Below the pieces are notes generated by a model. It was not told the origin of the DNA. It saw nothing but the letters and a program-made list of their open reading frames with translations, and ran no database searches. Made by a program: the position numbers and the translations under genes. 64,000 bases of DNA, from assembly GCF_009914755.1 (NCBI RefSeq), contig NC_060938.1; one strand, written 5' to 3'. Origin of the DNA: the human T2T-CHM13v2.0 reference genome, Homo sapiens. Of the stretch, positions 42,105 through 55,140 are shown one piece after another. Numbering within the stretch: the first letter of the stretch is position 1; each line of letters begins with the position of its first letter.

Positions 42105-44335
42105 ATTTAATTTCAAATTCCAATTGTTCACTGTTGGTATATAGGAAAGTAATTGACATTTTTGTACTAACTTTGTATCCTGCAACCCTACTATAATTGC
42201 TCGAAGTCCCAGGAGCTTAAGAAGTTAATCCTTTTGGATTTTCTACATGGATGTTCATGTCATTTACAACAAAGTTTTCTTTCTTCCTTCTGAATCTGAA
42301 CACTTTTTATTTCCTTTTCTTGTCTTATTGCATTATTTAGGACTTCCAGTATGATGTTGAAAAACTATAACAGGGGAAATCCTTGCTTTCTTCCTGATCT
42401 TAGTGGAAAAGCTTTGCATTTCTCACCATTAAGATGTTAGCAGTAGATTTTTTGTAGATATTCTTTATCATGTTGAGGAAATTCCCCTGTATTTCTAGTT
42501 TACTGAGAATTTTTTATCATGAATGGGTGTTGGATTTTGTCAAATGCTTTTTCTTGATCCACTCAACAGAATCATATCTATTGATATGATCATGTGATTT
42601 AAAAAAAAATACAGAGACAGGGTTTCACTATGTTGCCCAAGCTTGTCTCCAACTCCTGGGTTCAAGTGATCCTCCTGCATTGGCTTCCTGAATTGCTGGG
42701 ATTATAGATGTGAGCCACCATGCCTGGCTGGGATTTTTTTTTTTTTTTAGCCCATTGATGTGATGGATTACATTAACTGATTTTGGAATGTTGAACCAGC
42801 ATTGCATACCTGAGGTAAATCCCATTTGATCATAGTGTATACTTCTTTTTATACATTGTTGGATTGAATTTGCTAATATTTTGTTGAGGATTTTTACATC
42901 CACGTTTGTAAGAGATAATTGGTATGTAATTTTCTTTTCTTATAATGTCTTTGTCCATTTTTGTTATTAGGGTAATCCTGGCCTCATAGAATGAGTTAGG
43001 AGGTATGCCCTCTGCTTCTATCTTCTGAAAGAGATTATAGCAAATTGGTATAATTTCTTCCTTAAATATTTAATAAAACTCACCAATGAGCCCATCTGGG
43101 CCTGATGCTTTCTATTTTGGGAGGCTATTAATTATTGATTCAATTTCTTTAATAGATATAGACCTATTCAGATTGTCTATTTCTTCTTGTATGAGTTTCG
43201 CCAGATTGTATCCTTTAAGGAATGAGTCCATTTCATCTAGGTTATCAAAATTTGTGGACATAGAGTTGTTCATAGCATTATTTCTTCATTATCCTTTTAA
43301 TGTCCATGGGATCTGTAGTGATGTTCCCTGTTTCATTTCTGTTATTAATAACATAGATATTAGTCCTCTCTCTTTTCTTAGCCTGATTAAAGGTTTATTG
43401 ATCTTATTGATGTTTTCAAAGGACCAGCTTTTGGTTTTATTCATTTTTCTTTATTGATTTCCTGTTTGCAATTTCATTGATTTTTCCTTTGATTTGTATT
43501 ATTTCTTTTCGTCTCCTTCCTTGGGATTTAATTTGCTCTTCCTTTTTTAGTTTCCCAGATGGAAGCTTAGGTGATTGATTTTAGATCTTTCTTCTAACGT
43601 ATGCACTCAGTGCTATAAATTTCCCCAAGCCCTGCTTTTGCTGCATCCCACAAATTTTGTTAAGTTATATTTTCATTTTCACTTAAATCCAAGTATTTTT
43701 AAATTTCGTCTAAGATTTCTTTTTTGACCCATATGTTATTTATAAGTGTGTGGCTTAATCTCCAAGTATTTGGGGATTTTCCAGCTATCAGACTATTTCT
43801 AGTTTAATTCCGTTGTAGTTTGAGAGAAAACATTGTATGATTTCTATTATTTTAAATATGTTTAGGTGTGTTTCATGGCCCATGGTCTGTCTTGGTGAAT
43901 GTTCCATGTGTGCTTGAGAAGAATGTGTATTCTGTTGTTGCCGGCTGGATCTGTCCATTTCTGACAGAGGAGTATTGAAGTTTTTAACTGTAATAGTGGA
44001 TTCATCTGTTTCTCCTTGAAGTTCTACCAGTTTTTGCCTCACACATTTGGACACTGTGTTGTTAGGTGCATACAAGTTAAGAATTATTATATCTTATTGG
44101 AGGGCTGAACCCTAAATCATTATGGGATGCCCCTCTTATCCCTGATAACTTTCCTTGGTCTGAAGCCTGCTCTTTCTAAAATTAATATAGCTACTCCTGT
44201 TTTCTTTTGATTAGTGTTAGCATGGTATGTCTTTATCCATTCATTTACTTTTAATCTATGTGTGTTTTTATATTTAAAGTAGATTTCTTGTAGACAACAT
44301 AGAGTTGGGTCTTGTTTCTTGATCCACTCAGTCAT
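42105..44335 (-). mobile_element. L1M ORF2 fragment (endonuclease to RT), decayed
   Basis: ORFs give WIKKQDPTLCCLQE..HANTNQKKTGVAIL, YAPN..FNTPLSEMDRSS and [28 protein letters not shown]. Confidence 0.95.
42601..42728 (-). mobile_element. FLAM/Alu left monomer inside L1
   Basis: gagacagggtttcactatgttgccc...gtgagccaccatgcctggc. Confidence 0.9.
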
Positions 44336-45634
44336 TTAAGGAGACCAGAGGAGGATGGGAGTGGTGGGGGGATAAAGATCCAGATCCCTCTAAAATAAGC
44401 AAGTGCTTTAGCTAAACCATTCTACTCCTTATTTCAGAGGGGAGAAAAGAGCAGTCATAGATCCAAGATAAAATTCCTCCTCCCTGCTTTTTATTACTTT
44501 GTTTTATCCTACTCCTCTGATAAATGGATAGATATGTTCAGAACATATAACTCACTTAAAATAATATGAATGCTAAACATGTGCCAGGAAATCAGAGCAG
44601 CTCCTTGTGTTTTCCCCTTTTTAGGAGGTCTGGGAGGACCATCCACCCCTCCTGGAAGGCCCTGACTCAAACACTACAACATCAGATCCCAGCTTCCCCT
44701 TTGACAGAGTTTTGCAGGTTCCCAGGAGAGAGGAGTGGTCATGAAAAGGGGGTGGGGCCTCTCTCTGGATGGGAGAAGGCACTGGAACTAGTAAGCTATC
44801 ATCTCTCAGATTCCGCTTTGGGCTTCGCCTTCCCCAGTAGCTGTCACCTGCCTTTCCCTTTGTTGTTGGGGCACTCTGCTACAACCTGCTTCATGCTCCC
44901 CACTTACTGCCTCCATTGTTTCCCTCCCACTCTGTGCAATAATTCCCTCTCCTCCCTTCTTCTTCCAGGGGCCTTGTTTTAGGCTTGACCTTGGCATTGC
45001 TGGCATCCTAATTCCTGCAACGAGCATTTACTTGTTCATCTAATTCATACAATGAGCACCTACTGAGCTCAGTAGTGAATTCTTCTAATTCATACAATGA
45101 GCTCAGACATGAAGCTGCCCCTATGGCCTCAGGGATCAAGGAGGGCTGTGTAGGGCCATGGTGTCTGCCCCCTTTCTGGTGCCCAGGCAGTGGCCCCTGA
45201 CTCTTGCCATAAGTCCTGTTCCTAGTCACATGGCCACAGGCTCTACCTCTTTCTGCCACTCCTCTGCCCCTCTGAGGGACCCTGGAATCCATCAGTGGCT
45301 TTCAAGCCCCCTGAGGCACACAGGACTTGGTAAGACCATCTAAGGACCATCTGCAGCATCTTTTCTCAAAGGCCTGAATGCCTTCCTGGGGCTCTGCCTA
45401 GAAACAGGGCCCAGATTCCTGCTGTTGCTTTTTGAAGCCCAAAAACCACACTGAATGTTGCTCTCCTTCCTGAATCTCTGCCTAAAGATCAGGAATATGT
45501 GAGAAGAAGTGGAATCTCTGCTCCGTTTTCAATCTCCCCTCACAGATTAGTCTGGCCTCTCCTATGTATGTCATCAAATGTCAATAGTGCAGGTTTTGAT
45601 CAGGCACTGGTTTGTCGTTTGCTTTTTTTTTTAA

Positions 45635-48330
45635 TTAACTTCATCTCCACAAAAGTCTTATACACTCATCATAGGGAGTTTAGATGACACAGAACTATAT
45701 AAAGAAGAGAATAAAAATAACCTATAATATCAGTACTCAGGAAGAACCACTGTTAGCATTTTGTAAGTTACTCTCCTGCACATATTGTTTTATATACTTG
45801 AGATTATAACTTTGACCCTACTCAGTTTGTTGGTTTGTTTCATTTTTTCACTGTGTTAAAATACACATAACATAAAAGTTACCACCTAAACTATTTTTAA
45901 GTGTAGTCTTCAGTGGTACTAAGTACATTCATATTATTGTGCAACCATCACCACCATCCATCACTAGAGCATTTTGATCTTTCCAACCTGAAATTCTGTA
46001 CCCATTAAATATTAATTCCCCATTCTCACCTCTCCCAAGCCCCTGGCAAGCACCATTCTACTTTCTGTCTCTGTGATTTTGACTACTGTAAGTATCTCGT
46101 GAGTGGAATCATATAGCATTTGTCTTTTAGTGATTGGCTTATTTTACTTAGCATAATGTCCTTAAAGTTCAAGCATGTTGTAGCATGTACCAGAATTTCC
46201 TTCATTTTTAAGGGTGGATAATATTCTGTTGTGTGTATATACCACATTATGCTTATCCATTCATTCATCGACAGACAGTTAGGTTGCTTTCACATTTTAG
46301 CTATTATGAATAATGTTGCTATGAACGTGGGTTTACAAAAATTTCTTCAAGACCTTGCTTTCAGTTATTTTGGGTATGTACCCAGAAGTGGAATTGCTGG
46401 ATTCTAATACAGTAATTCTATTTTTAGTGTTTTGGAAAACTGCCATACTGTTTTCCACAATGGCTGTACCATTTTAAATTCCCACCAATAGTGTACAACA
46501 GTTTCAATGTCTCTACATTCTTACCAACACCTGTTTTTCTCCTTTTTTTAGTGATAGTCATCCTAATGGGTGTAAGATGCTTGCTTGGTTTTTTAAGTTT
46601 ACATTATATTGCAAGCACTGTCATTAAAAACTCTCCAGACACATCCCTCCTCCAATTCCTCTATTGTTGGAAATTTAGGATTTTTTTCTTTCAATATTTT
46701 TGCTATCATAAGTAAAATTGCAACAGAGAATTTGTGCATAAATTTCTGCTGCATTTTTGGTTATTTACATAGGCAAGGATTGCTAGATAAAATACAGGAT
46801 GTCCAGTTAAATTTAGATTTCAAATAAACAATGAATAATTTGTTAGTGTCAGTACACTCAAAATATTCCCCGGGACAAATTTATTCTAAAACAGTATTCA
46901 TCATATACCTGAAATTCAAAGTTTGCTAGGCATCTTTTTTTTTTTATTTGCCAAATCTAGCAATCCAACCATACGTACTATTCCCAGGAATGAAATTAAT
47001 GAGTTAAAGTTGATGAACATTTTCAAGATTCTGGATGCATCTGGCCAAAGGGCTTTTCTGTAAACTAGTGCCAGGTTCCTCTCCACTAACAGTAAGTAAG
47101 AATGCCTGTTTTCTCACAAAAGTGGCTGCTTTGAGTTATTTCATTTAAGAATAAACAAAAGTTTGCTTCTTTGATAGGTGGGAAATGATCATTTACAAAG
47201 TTTTGACTATGAATGAAACTGACCTTTCATTCCAAAGGTTGGTCTTTTGTATTTCCTTTCATGTAAACTACGTGTCTGTCCTTGGCTCATTTATCTTTTT
47301 GTGTTTCTTGTCAAGCCATAAGAACTCTTAAAGGATATTAGCTTTGTGGCTTTCACATTTTGTTGCAAATATTTCTCCCAGCTTATTGTCTGCCTTTTAA
47401 TTTGGCTTATATTATTTGCCAAAGTAAAGGCATTTGATCGTCTTATGTGTTCTAATCTCTAGGTCTTTCATGATTCTTCCATTGCTTTTAGTCCACAGCC
47501 CCTTCTTACTTAGATTACATATATCTATTCACCTGTATTTGCTTCAAGAAATCTGTGTTGATTCTTTTTAGTGTTTTCTACATTTAACCGTCTAAACTAT
47601 ATGGAGTGTCTTTGGAAATGGTGTTCAATGAGTTTCTAAATTATTTCTTCTCTTCAGATCTCTAATTTGTTTCAGCTATATTTGATGAATAAAATCTCTT
47701 CCTTCACAATGACTTGTGATGATACTTTAGCCTTATACATAAAGAAAAATCTATTTTCCTTAAAAGTGAGCTTCTCTGTCATTTAATCTGTCTGGGTCTT
47801 GCTATATTAACTATACAATGAGGCTATTTTATAATTCATTCATGTATTCAACAAATATTTATTGAGCATCTTCTGTGGGTCAGATATATATGTAAGATTT
47901 CTTAGCAGACTTAGCTGAGATTAAAGGAAAAATTAAAATAAAAATAAAGATTTCTTCCAGCATTAAAATTCTAAATATAAAAGAACTTCATTTATTCATC
48001 CTCAGATCACTGGAGGAAACTGACATAATTTGCTTCACCTGTTGATTTTTTTCATTCTTTTATATTAATCTAGTCTACTAATTTTATTCAGATCTTCTCC
48101 AGAACTTTTACCTCTTATTGCTACTGCATGTCTTATTGCATTGGCAAAAACTTCAAAATAATTGTTACATCATAAAACTATGTAATAAAAGTGATAGATG
48201 ACACCCTTGTTTTGTCTCTAAGGAGAATGCCTCCCATTTTGTGCCATTAAGAATTTCTTGGCTTTTGGTTTAAGATAGAGGTATTTTTGTATTTAAAAAG
48301 TAATAGTCTCTTCTTATTTTTCTAAGAGGT
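45635..48330 (-). mobile_element. Nested old L1 3' fragments (L1MB-like 45835-46580 within an older L1ME-like element)
   Basis: ORF 46083-46268 [15 protein letters not shown]; typical L1 3' UTR motifs. Confidence 0.8.
46777..46966. mobile_element. MER53-like palindromic hAT MITE
   Basis: Perfect terminal inverted repeat ggattgctagat/atctagcaatcc, ~190 bp. Confidence 0.8.
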
Positions 48331-48561
48331 TTTTTTTAAGTCAGGAAATACTTGATTAATTTTATTAAATATAATTTTAGAGCCTGTTAAGGTTATTGTA
48401 TCATTCTTTATGAGTTTTGCATTTTGAAGTACAAGTACTACTAACATAGTGGGACTACATGAGGCAGAATTAAGATGAATACACACAGTCCTCACCACAT
48501 TATATGGTGCTTTTGTGAACAGCAATTCTAAACTTGAAGTACATTTTAAAGCCTTGATTGA

Positions 48562-48846
<285 letters not shown>

Positions 48847-48874
48847 ACTCTGATTAGTTTTTTAAAAATTGAGC

Positions 48875-49070
48875 ATATATATATATATATATACGTATAT
48901 ATATATATACACACGTATATATATGTGTGTGTGTATATATATACACACGTATATATACGTGTGTATATATATATACACACACGTATATATACGTGTGTAT
49001 ATATATATACACACACGTATATATATATATACACACACGTATATATATATATACACACGTATATATATAT
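48875..49070. repeat. Compound (TA)n/(CA)n/CG alternating purine-pyrimidine microsatellite
   Basis: Directly visible; repeated TATACACACG-like units. Confidence 0.97.
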
Positions 49071-49108
49071 GAAAATGAGAAATTCGAACCCGCATGTGTG
49101 TGAGTAAA

Positions 49109-49459
49109 GAGTGTGCAGATGTTGCACAAAACTCTGTACGTGCTCAAAGTAGAATGAACCCACAAATATCCCACTAATACTTAGCTTTTATATGGCTGGT
49201 CTCCAAAGTAGGGTGTGTGCAAGTTGATTTATTGAGGTAAGAGGAAGAGATTAGAATGTCTATTTTGTATCTCATCCTTTAAACTTTTAATTTGTTATGG
49301 TGAAAAAGACATTCTAATCTTTTCCCCTTACCCCAATAAATCAACTTGCACACACCCTACTTTGGAGACCAGCCATATAAAAGCTAAGTATTAGTGGGAT
49401 ATTTGTGAGTTCATTCTGCCTGGGGCACATACAGAATTCTGTGCAACATCTGCACACTC
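49109..49459. repeat. Fold-back inverted repeat: 153-bp arms, 45-bp spacer
   Basis: 49109-49261 vs reverse complement of 49307-49459: 142/153 identical, 74-bp perfect core. Confidence 0.97.
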
Positions 49460-49552
49460 ATTTGAATTTAAATGTACAGAATTCAAAATGCCCTCTGAAG
49501 CTTAACGAAGAATTTTTAAACTAGTGGGACAAAGCTCAATAATGGTAAAAGC

Positions 49553-49555
49553 ACA

Positions 49556-49609
<54 letters not shown>
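49553..49609. repeat. (CA)n microsatellite
   Basis: Directly visible. Confidence 0.97.
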
Positions 49610-49611
<2 letters not shown>

Positions 49612-50119
49612 GAAAAACAAGTTATTCAACTTTGCCTGACTTGGGGTAAGTTATGTAGCCTCCTTGGGACTCAATTTCCTCATTACTACAATGACAGTGT
49701 TGGGCCAGATGCTCACCAAGCCTCTTCCTGCACTGACATTTTGTGATGGCGATGACCCTGTGGGGAGTATCAGGTTATGGGAGAAACAGATCTACATGTC
49801 AGTCAGCAGGGCAACTCTGTTATTAGAAATCAAGCAGAGTGCAGTCTTAGGACTGATGACCAAGAGTCCAGTGTGCACAATCCTGGCTGTCTCCAGAGGC
49901 AACCCTCGCATGTCATAGCAATGGAACATGAAGAGGTGGAGATCTTTTGGAGTGATCAGAGAAAGGATTAAAACATTTTAAAATGAGTCCTCTGGGGAAA
50001 AGTTACAGAAATTGGATTCCTTGGGCACATTAGGACACATTAAGATGGATTGAGCTCCCAGCTCCAAGCTCCGAGCTCTGAGCGTCTCGTGGTTGAGCAG
50101 CTTGCTTTATACTGATTGT

Positions 50120-50640
50120 GACAGTCTTGGGCAAAGCTCTTTTTGTTTCAAGGAACAGAAACCCACCCAAGCTAGCTCACAGAAATTCACAGCTAGGAAC
50201 ACAGGGGTAACTGGGACTCACAGGAATAGACACACTATCAGGACCTTGGGCATCTCCTGGGGGCTTTATGTTCTAAGCATTCTCTCTCTGAGCCTCTGCT
50301 CCATTCTCTACTCCCCACTTTGTACTCTCTGTTTCCACTTCTCTGCAAGATCAGCGCACAGATGGACATCATGGCCCCACTCCATACCTTGCATGACTTT
50401 TCAGCCTAAGTGTCCATTGGCCATTAGCCCAGTCTTTCCATTTTCAAGTCTAGGTTCCCCTGAAATGATGTATTTATCTTACTTAACCTTAGCTTTTTGT
50501 GCCAAGCCACATCAATAATTGGTCATCGTTGGTTAGCCAATAGATGGGTCACCCTTGGGTCAAGTGCCCACCCTTGGTCCAGTCATGTGTGAAGAGGGGA
50601 GGTGAGTCGCGTGCTCTCAGACAGGGCTGTATGGGGCAGA
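50120..50640 (-). mobile_element. Old MLT1 (MLT1N/M-like) LTR
   Basis: gtttcaaggaacagaaacccacccaagctagct; ttgggtcaagtgcccacccttggtccagtc. Confidence 0.6.
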
Positions 50641-52067
50641 TTTCCTCCAATCACTGGGGGAGCAGATTGGCCATGATGAACACCTTCCGCAAAGAGACCA
50701 ACTGTCTTTTAACCTGATACTGATATGAGCACAAAATCAGTCTGACCCTGAGCCTTTATACAGGAGTAAGATGTAATAACACTTCTCAGGACACCCTTTG
50801 AAATAAGGTGAGACTCCTTCTGCCTTAAGACAGGCTGACCAAGGGCTGCCTCGCTATGGTGGTGGCCTGGGCTGCAGGGCTCCTGAGAGCCACCTCTTGG
50901 CCCATTGGTCTGGGAGACTCTAAAGTCACTCCCCCCGCAGAGCCTAATTTCTCCATCAGAAATGTCTGATCTTTGCTGATGGGTGGTTAGCTATTTGAGG
51001 GATTTACAAAGCACTAATTCTGTTTGACCACCGAAAGATTTTCCCTGCTTAAGAAGATGCTAAAAACTACCCAAGGACCTCTGCACCCTCTTGGACTGGC
51101 TTGACCAATTTTCATCCATTTTGAATATTCAATTTCTAGCTACTTCTCTGAACCAACTCACAACCCAGTGACTGACTTTTCATTCCTTAATCCTACATGT
51201 GACTCTTCTGCTCAGCATCCTGCTTAGAATCCCCAGGATCTTATAGAACACAGAAAATGGGACATTAATGAACAAGCAGGCAGGGTGATTGTCTGTGGTC
51301 TTTTACCTGTGCTGGGTTTAATCACAGTACCAGCCTGACACATAGGTGGGCAGAAAACTCAGTTTCCTCAAATGCAAGGGCTTTGAGAGCTTAGACTTCA
51401 AATTAGAGTGAGATCTATCTACCCCAAACAAAGCTACTCAGACACCTCACTATCTAAAATCAGACCAGAACCTGGGGATGAGCCAAGAAATGTCTAAGCA
51501 GCCAACATTATCTACAGAGGCCCATACTGTTGTGTTTAAAGTAGCATCTAATTCAAAACAACTGGTTTCTCAGAGGGCTGGATGGCCTATCACCCTTTAA
51601 GAAAGCCTGGATGAATCCTCTCAAAATAGGAAAAGCTAGGTTCCTTACAACCTATTTACTTTTTGTTTACACAGAATTTTGGCACATTCGCATATCTGGT
51701 TTCTCAATCCAGAACAGACTAAAAGAAAATGAGTCCTGAGATTGCTACAGGTATGAACAAAATAGCATTCTCCCTCACAACAGGGAAAAGTAACCACTAC
51801 CACAGGAAGAGATCAGAAAATGATATAAAGTAGACCCAAGAACCTCAAAAGCATAGCAATATGAAGAGATACAAATGGCCACACATATCTCAAAGGTTTG
51901 GGCACTACTGGGTTAACAGTACAGTAATTGAAGTTTCTAAATATGACCCTAAGTAGAACAGAAATGTGAAATTAAGATCAGTATATTCTATTTTAAAACC
52001 TGGTAAGCATATGACTTTTTTAAGAAAAACTTCCATCCAAAATGATGAAATGTTTACATGTGATGTT

Positions 52068-52358
52068 TATTTTATTTTATTTTGAGATAAGGTCTCACTC
52101 TGTCACCCATGCTGGAGTGCAATGGAGCAATCATGGCTCACTGCAACCTCCACTCCCCCAGGCTCAGGTGGTCCTCACACCTCAACCTCCCAAGTAGCTG
52201 GGACTACAGGCGTCTGCCTCCATGCCTGCTAATTTTTGTATTTTTATGTAAAGATAAGGTTTTGCCGTGTTGCCCAGGGTGGTCTCAAACTCAAGTAATC
52301 TGCCCGCCTTGGCCTCCTAAAGTGCTGGGATTACAGGTGTGAGCCAGCATGCCCGGCC
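52068..52358 (-). mobile_element. AluJ
   Basis: Dimeric Alu; TSD acatgtgatgttta. Confidence 0.95.
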
Positions 52359-53559
52359 ACATGTGATGTTTAAAAGGACAAACCTTAAGCTAGCTGGAAA
52401 GCTCCACTATCCAGAAGTATGGGTTTTGTTCTGGATAACTGAGGTTTTGCTATATAGCTGAAGTCGAACCCTCTAGACCACTTCTTAAAGGACATCAGGG
52501 AAGCTTGTCAGCCAGGGAAATGCCGTTGCTGTGACTTATATGCTATTTGGACGAAGCAAACGGGCTGAAGAAGGTTTGACTGTATTTGGTTGTAGGCTTC
52601 GCTTGGCACCGTCTCTTTAAAAGGCTGCCTGCCTTTGAACTAATCCTCTATTTATAATCCAGCTGGAGAGAGGCCTCGGCAATGTATACAAATTCCTAGA
52701 ATTTGCAGAGTGCTGCTCACGTAAGCCCTGAACCCCACTCCAGAGCTTCTGCCTGGGCCCTCACTTCTCCAGCAAGGACCCTGAATCATCCCGGAACTGT
52801 CTTGGTGCTGTGGTAGACAGGCCACCTGGCACGCCCAGCGCCCCACATTCTTGGTGGGGAGCACAGGGCGCATCTGGGAATGGGGGCATGAGTTGGATTA
52901 GGCTCAGTAAACACCATCACTCACTCCTGATGGCCTGCACTGCTCAATGGCTCTTTCCTAGAGACCAAGGGTTGAGGCCTCAGGCACAGCTCACCTCTAT
53001 AGGGCTGTTCCTTTCTTATAATTCATTCCCTCCCAACACGACACCAACTTCACATTTTCCTTTCTTCCCCCCTTGCACAAATTATTGCAAGTCATGGCGA
53101 TCTAAATATAGCCCGCAGTCTGCGCTCCAGATGCCGAGGCCATGCAGCCCCGATATTCTCCTGGTGTCTTTCCAGCCGCCTCTTGCTCTTGCTGTCCTTT
53201 CTCCTTGCTCGCCCTTGTTTTCTCCCTGATACTCCTACTCTCTGCCTCCCAGTCTCCCCAGGTCTTTCCTGTTTTTCCAGTTCAAAGGAAAGTTCTAAAA
53301 GCAAGGCCTGAAGCCTGGACGGCCCCCTCCCCAGCCCTCCAACAGCACTAGCTGTGGGAAAGGGATCCCGTCTAGAGAAGAGGCAGAGGTGCAGCATCCT
53401 CTAGGACCCTCGGCCATGCGTGCTGTGCGTTCTTGCCCAACCTTCACTTACTCGCTTTGTCCAGAAGTTGTTTATCCTCCTTCCTCCTCATCTGTTTCTT
53501 CTTGGATCCTGGACGCCAAAGAGTGACTGGCCACTCCTTCCATTCAATCACCTCCTGTG

Positions 53560-53800
53560 TTACTGGAAAATATGTTAGGACACCCTCCAAGTCATTACTT
53601 TCTTGAAGTTAAATGATATCAATTCCTTTTGCCTCCCTTCCATGGGCCTAGGTATCCAGAGCTTTCATCATCTGCATGGATTGTCTCTGTACCATCTCCA
53701 AGTTGGCCATATCCCCTGTAGGAAGTAGGGCCAGGCCTTGAGTCCTCTGTCCTGCTAAGGGTTTGACATCTGCTTTGTGAGCATAGGGGAGCAATTTACT
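53560..53800 (-). mobile_element. L3/CR1 fragment
   Basis: ctttcatcatc...ctctgtaccatctccaagttggccatatcccc resembles the CR1 RT region in antisense. Confidence 0.5.
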
Positions 53801-54100
53801 GATACTTCTTAATCACAGGCCCCTAATTTAAAAAGAAGTGCTACAGTAATGATGTGTGTTCATACCTAACTTGAGGTCCACTCTGATAATAGGCTGGTCC
53901 TTTTCTTCACTGAAAGCAAAGCATTTGATTCACACGCATGTTTTATTCTATCCTTGTCAATATGCTTGTTCACTCACTATTAGTCAACTTTCTTAAGTTC
54001 TAACTTGGTGGGCTCACGGTGACCCACATCCCACAGGTGGAGAGTATATAACTATTAAGTCAGTCTGCTCATTTATTTATTCAAAAAGCAGTTATTGAAA

Positions 54101-54277
54101 GCTGGGTGCCTCGGTGCATGCCTGTAGTTTCAGCTACTCAGGAGGCTGAGACTGGAGGATGCCTGGAGGCCAGGGGTTGGAGACTGTAGCGTACTATGAG
54201 CATGACTGGGAATAGCGCACTATGAGCATGGCACCCCAGCCTGGGCAACATAGCAAGACCCTGTCTTGCAAAAAAAC
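54101..54277 (+). mobile_element. FAM (fossil Alu monomer)
   Basis: Single 7SL-derived monomer with gactgtagcgtactatg...gaatagc segment and A tail. Confidence 0.75.
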
Positions 54278-54353
54278 AGTTACAGGATACCTCTTTAGAC
54301 CTAGCCGTGGATATACAAATAAGAATTTGCCTCAAGAGATACACAGACTAGTC

Positions 54354-54565
54354 CAGGGTTTCTCAACCTCCGTACAACTCACATCTGGGGCCACATAATT
54401 GTGTGGATGGCCCTGTGTATTGTAGGATGTCTAGAAGCATCCCTGGCCTCCACCCACAAGATGCCAGTAGCACCACCCCACACACAAATTGTGACAACCA
54501 AAAATGTCTCCAGCCATTGCCAAATGTCTCCTGGAGCCAAAATCACCCCAATTTGAGAACCACTG
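54354..54565 (+). mobile_element. MER20 hAT-Charlie
   Basis: cagggtttctcaacct...gcatccctggcctccaccca...gtgacaaccaaaaatgtctccag...ttgagaaccactg. Confidence 0.92.
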
Positions 54566-54569
54566 GTCT

Positions 54570-55140
54570 GATGAGATAGATAGATATGCAAATGATCATT
54601 ACGGCTCAAAGAAGCCCTACCATGGAGACACGAACACAGGCCCATGCACAGAGGGCACTGGAGTTGAATTCTGAAGGATGGGTGCAATTTTTCCACGTAG
54701 AGACTATGCTGGAGAGAGGATATTCTTGGCAGAGAAACAGCATGTGCAAAGGCACAGGGGTACCACAGAACAAGTCAGTTGCCTGACATGGCAGCTACTG
54801 GGTAGGAACAAAAGGAGATGAGGATGAATGGGGGCTGGCCCCAGTGTCTAAAGGGCCTTGTGTGACTGGGATGCTTGCACTTGATCCTGAGGTTAGGGAA
54901 AGCAAGAAGGTTTGTAAGCTGGGAGCATGATTGTTGGCATGATGGCATGACGAAGAGAGGAAGCTCTGATGACACTCCAGGAAGAGATGATGTGGGCTTG
55001 AATGAAGGCATTGGTGCTTGGGAAGGGAACAGAAGGGGCAGGATTTGAAAGCTCTTTCTGAGGCAGAACGTGCAGGATATCTGAGTGGAGATGAAGACAG
55101 GGAATAAGCCCAGCGCTACAGAGCTGATGGAATCCTGGTG
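54570..55140 (-). mobile_element. L2 fragment
   Basis: ggcagagaaacagcatgtgcaaaggcacag. Confidence 0.7.

Noticed and set aside
42628-44335. ORFs with endonuclease and reverse-transcriptase motifs
   Set aside because: Frameshifted, Alu-interrupted L1 ORF2 fossil, not an active or novel RT system
46777-46966. Palindromic structure (likewise 36283-36638 and 57953-58093)
   Set aside because: Explained by known palindromic hAT MITEs (MER53, MER33, MER3)
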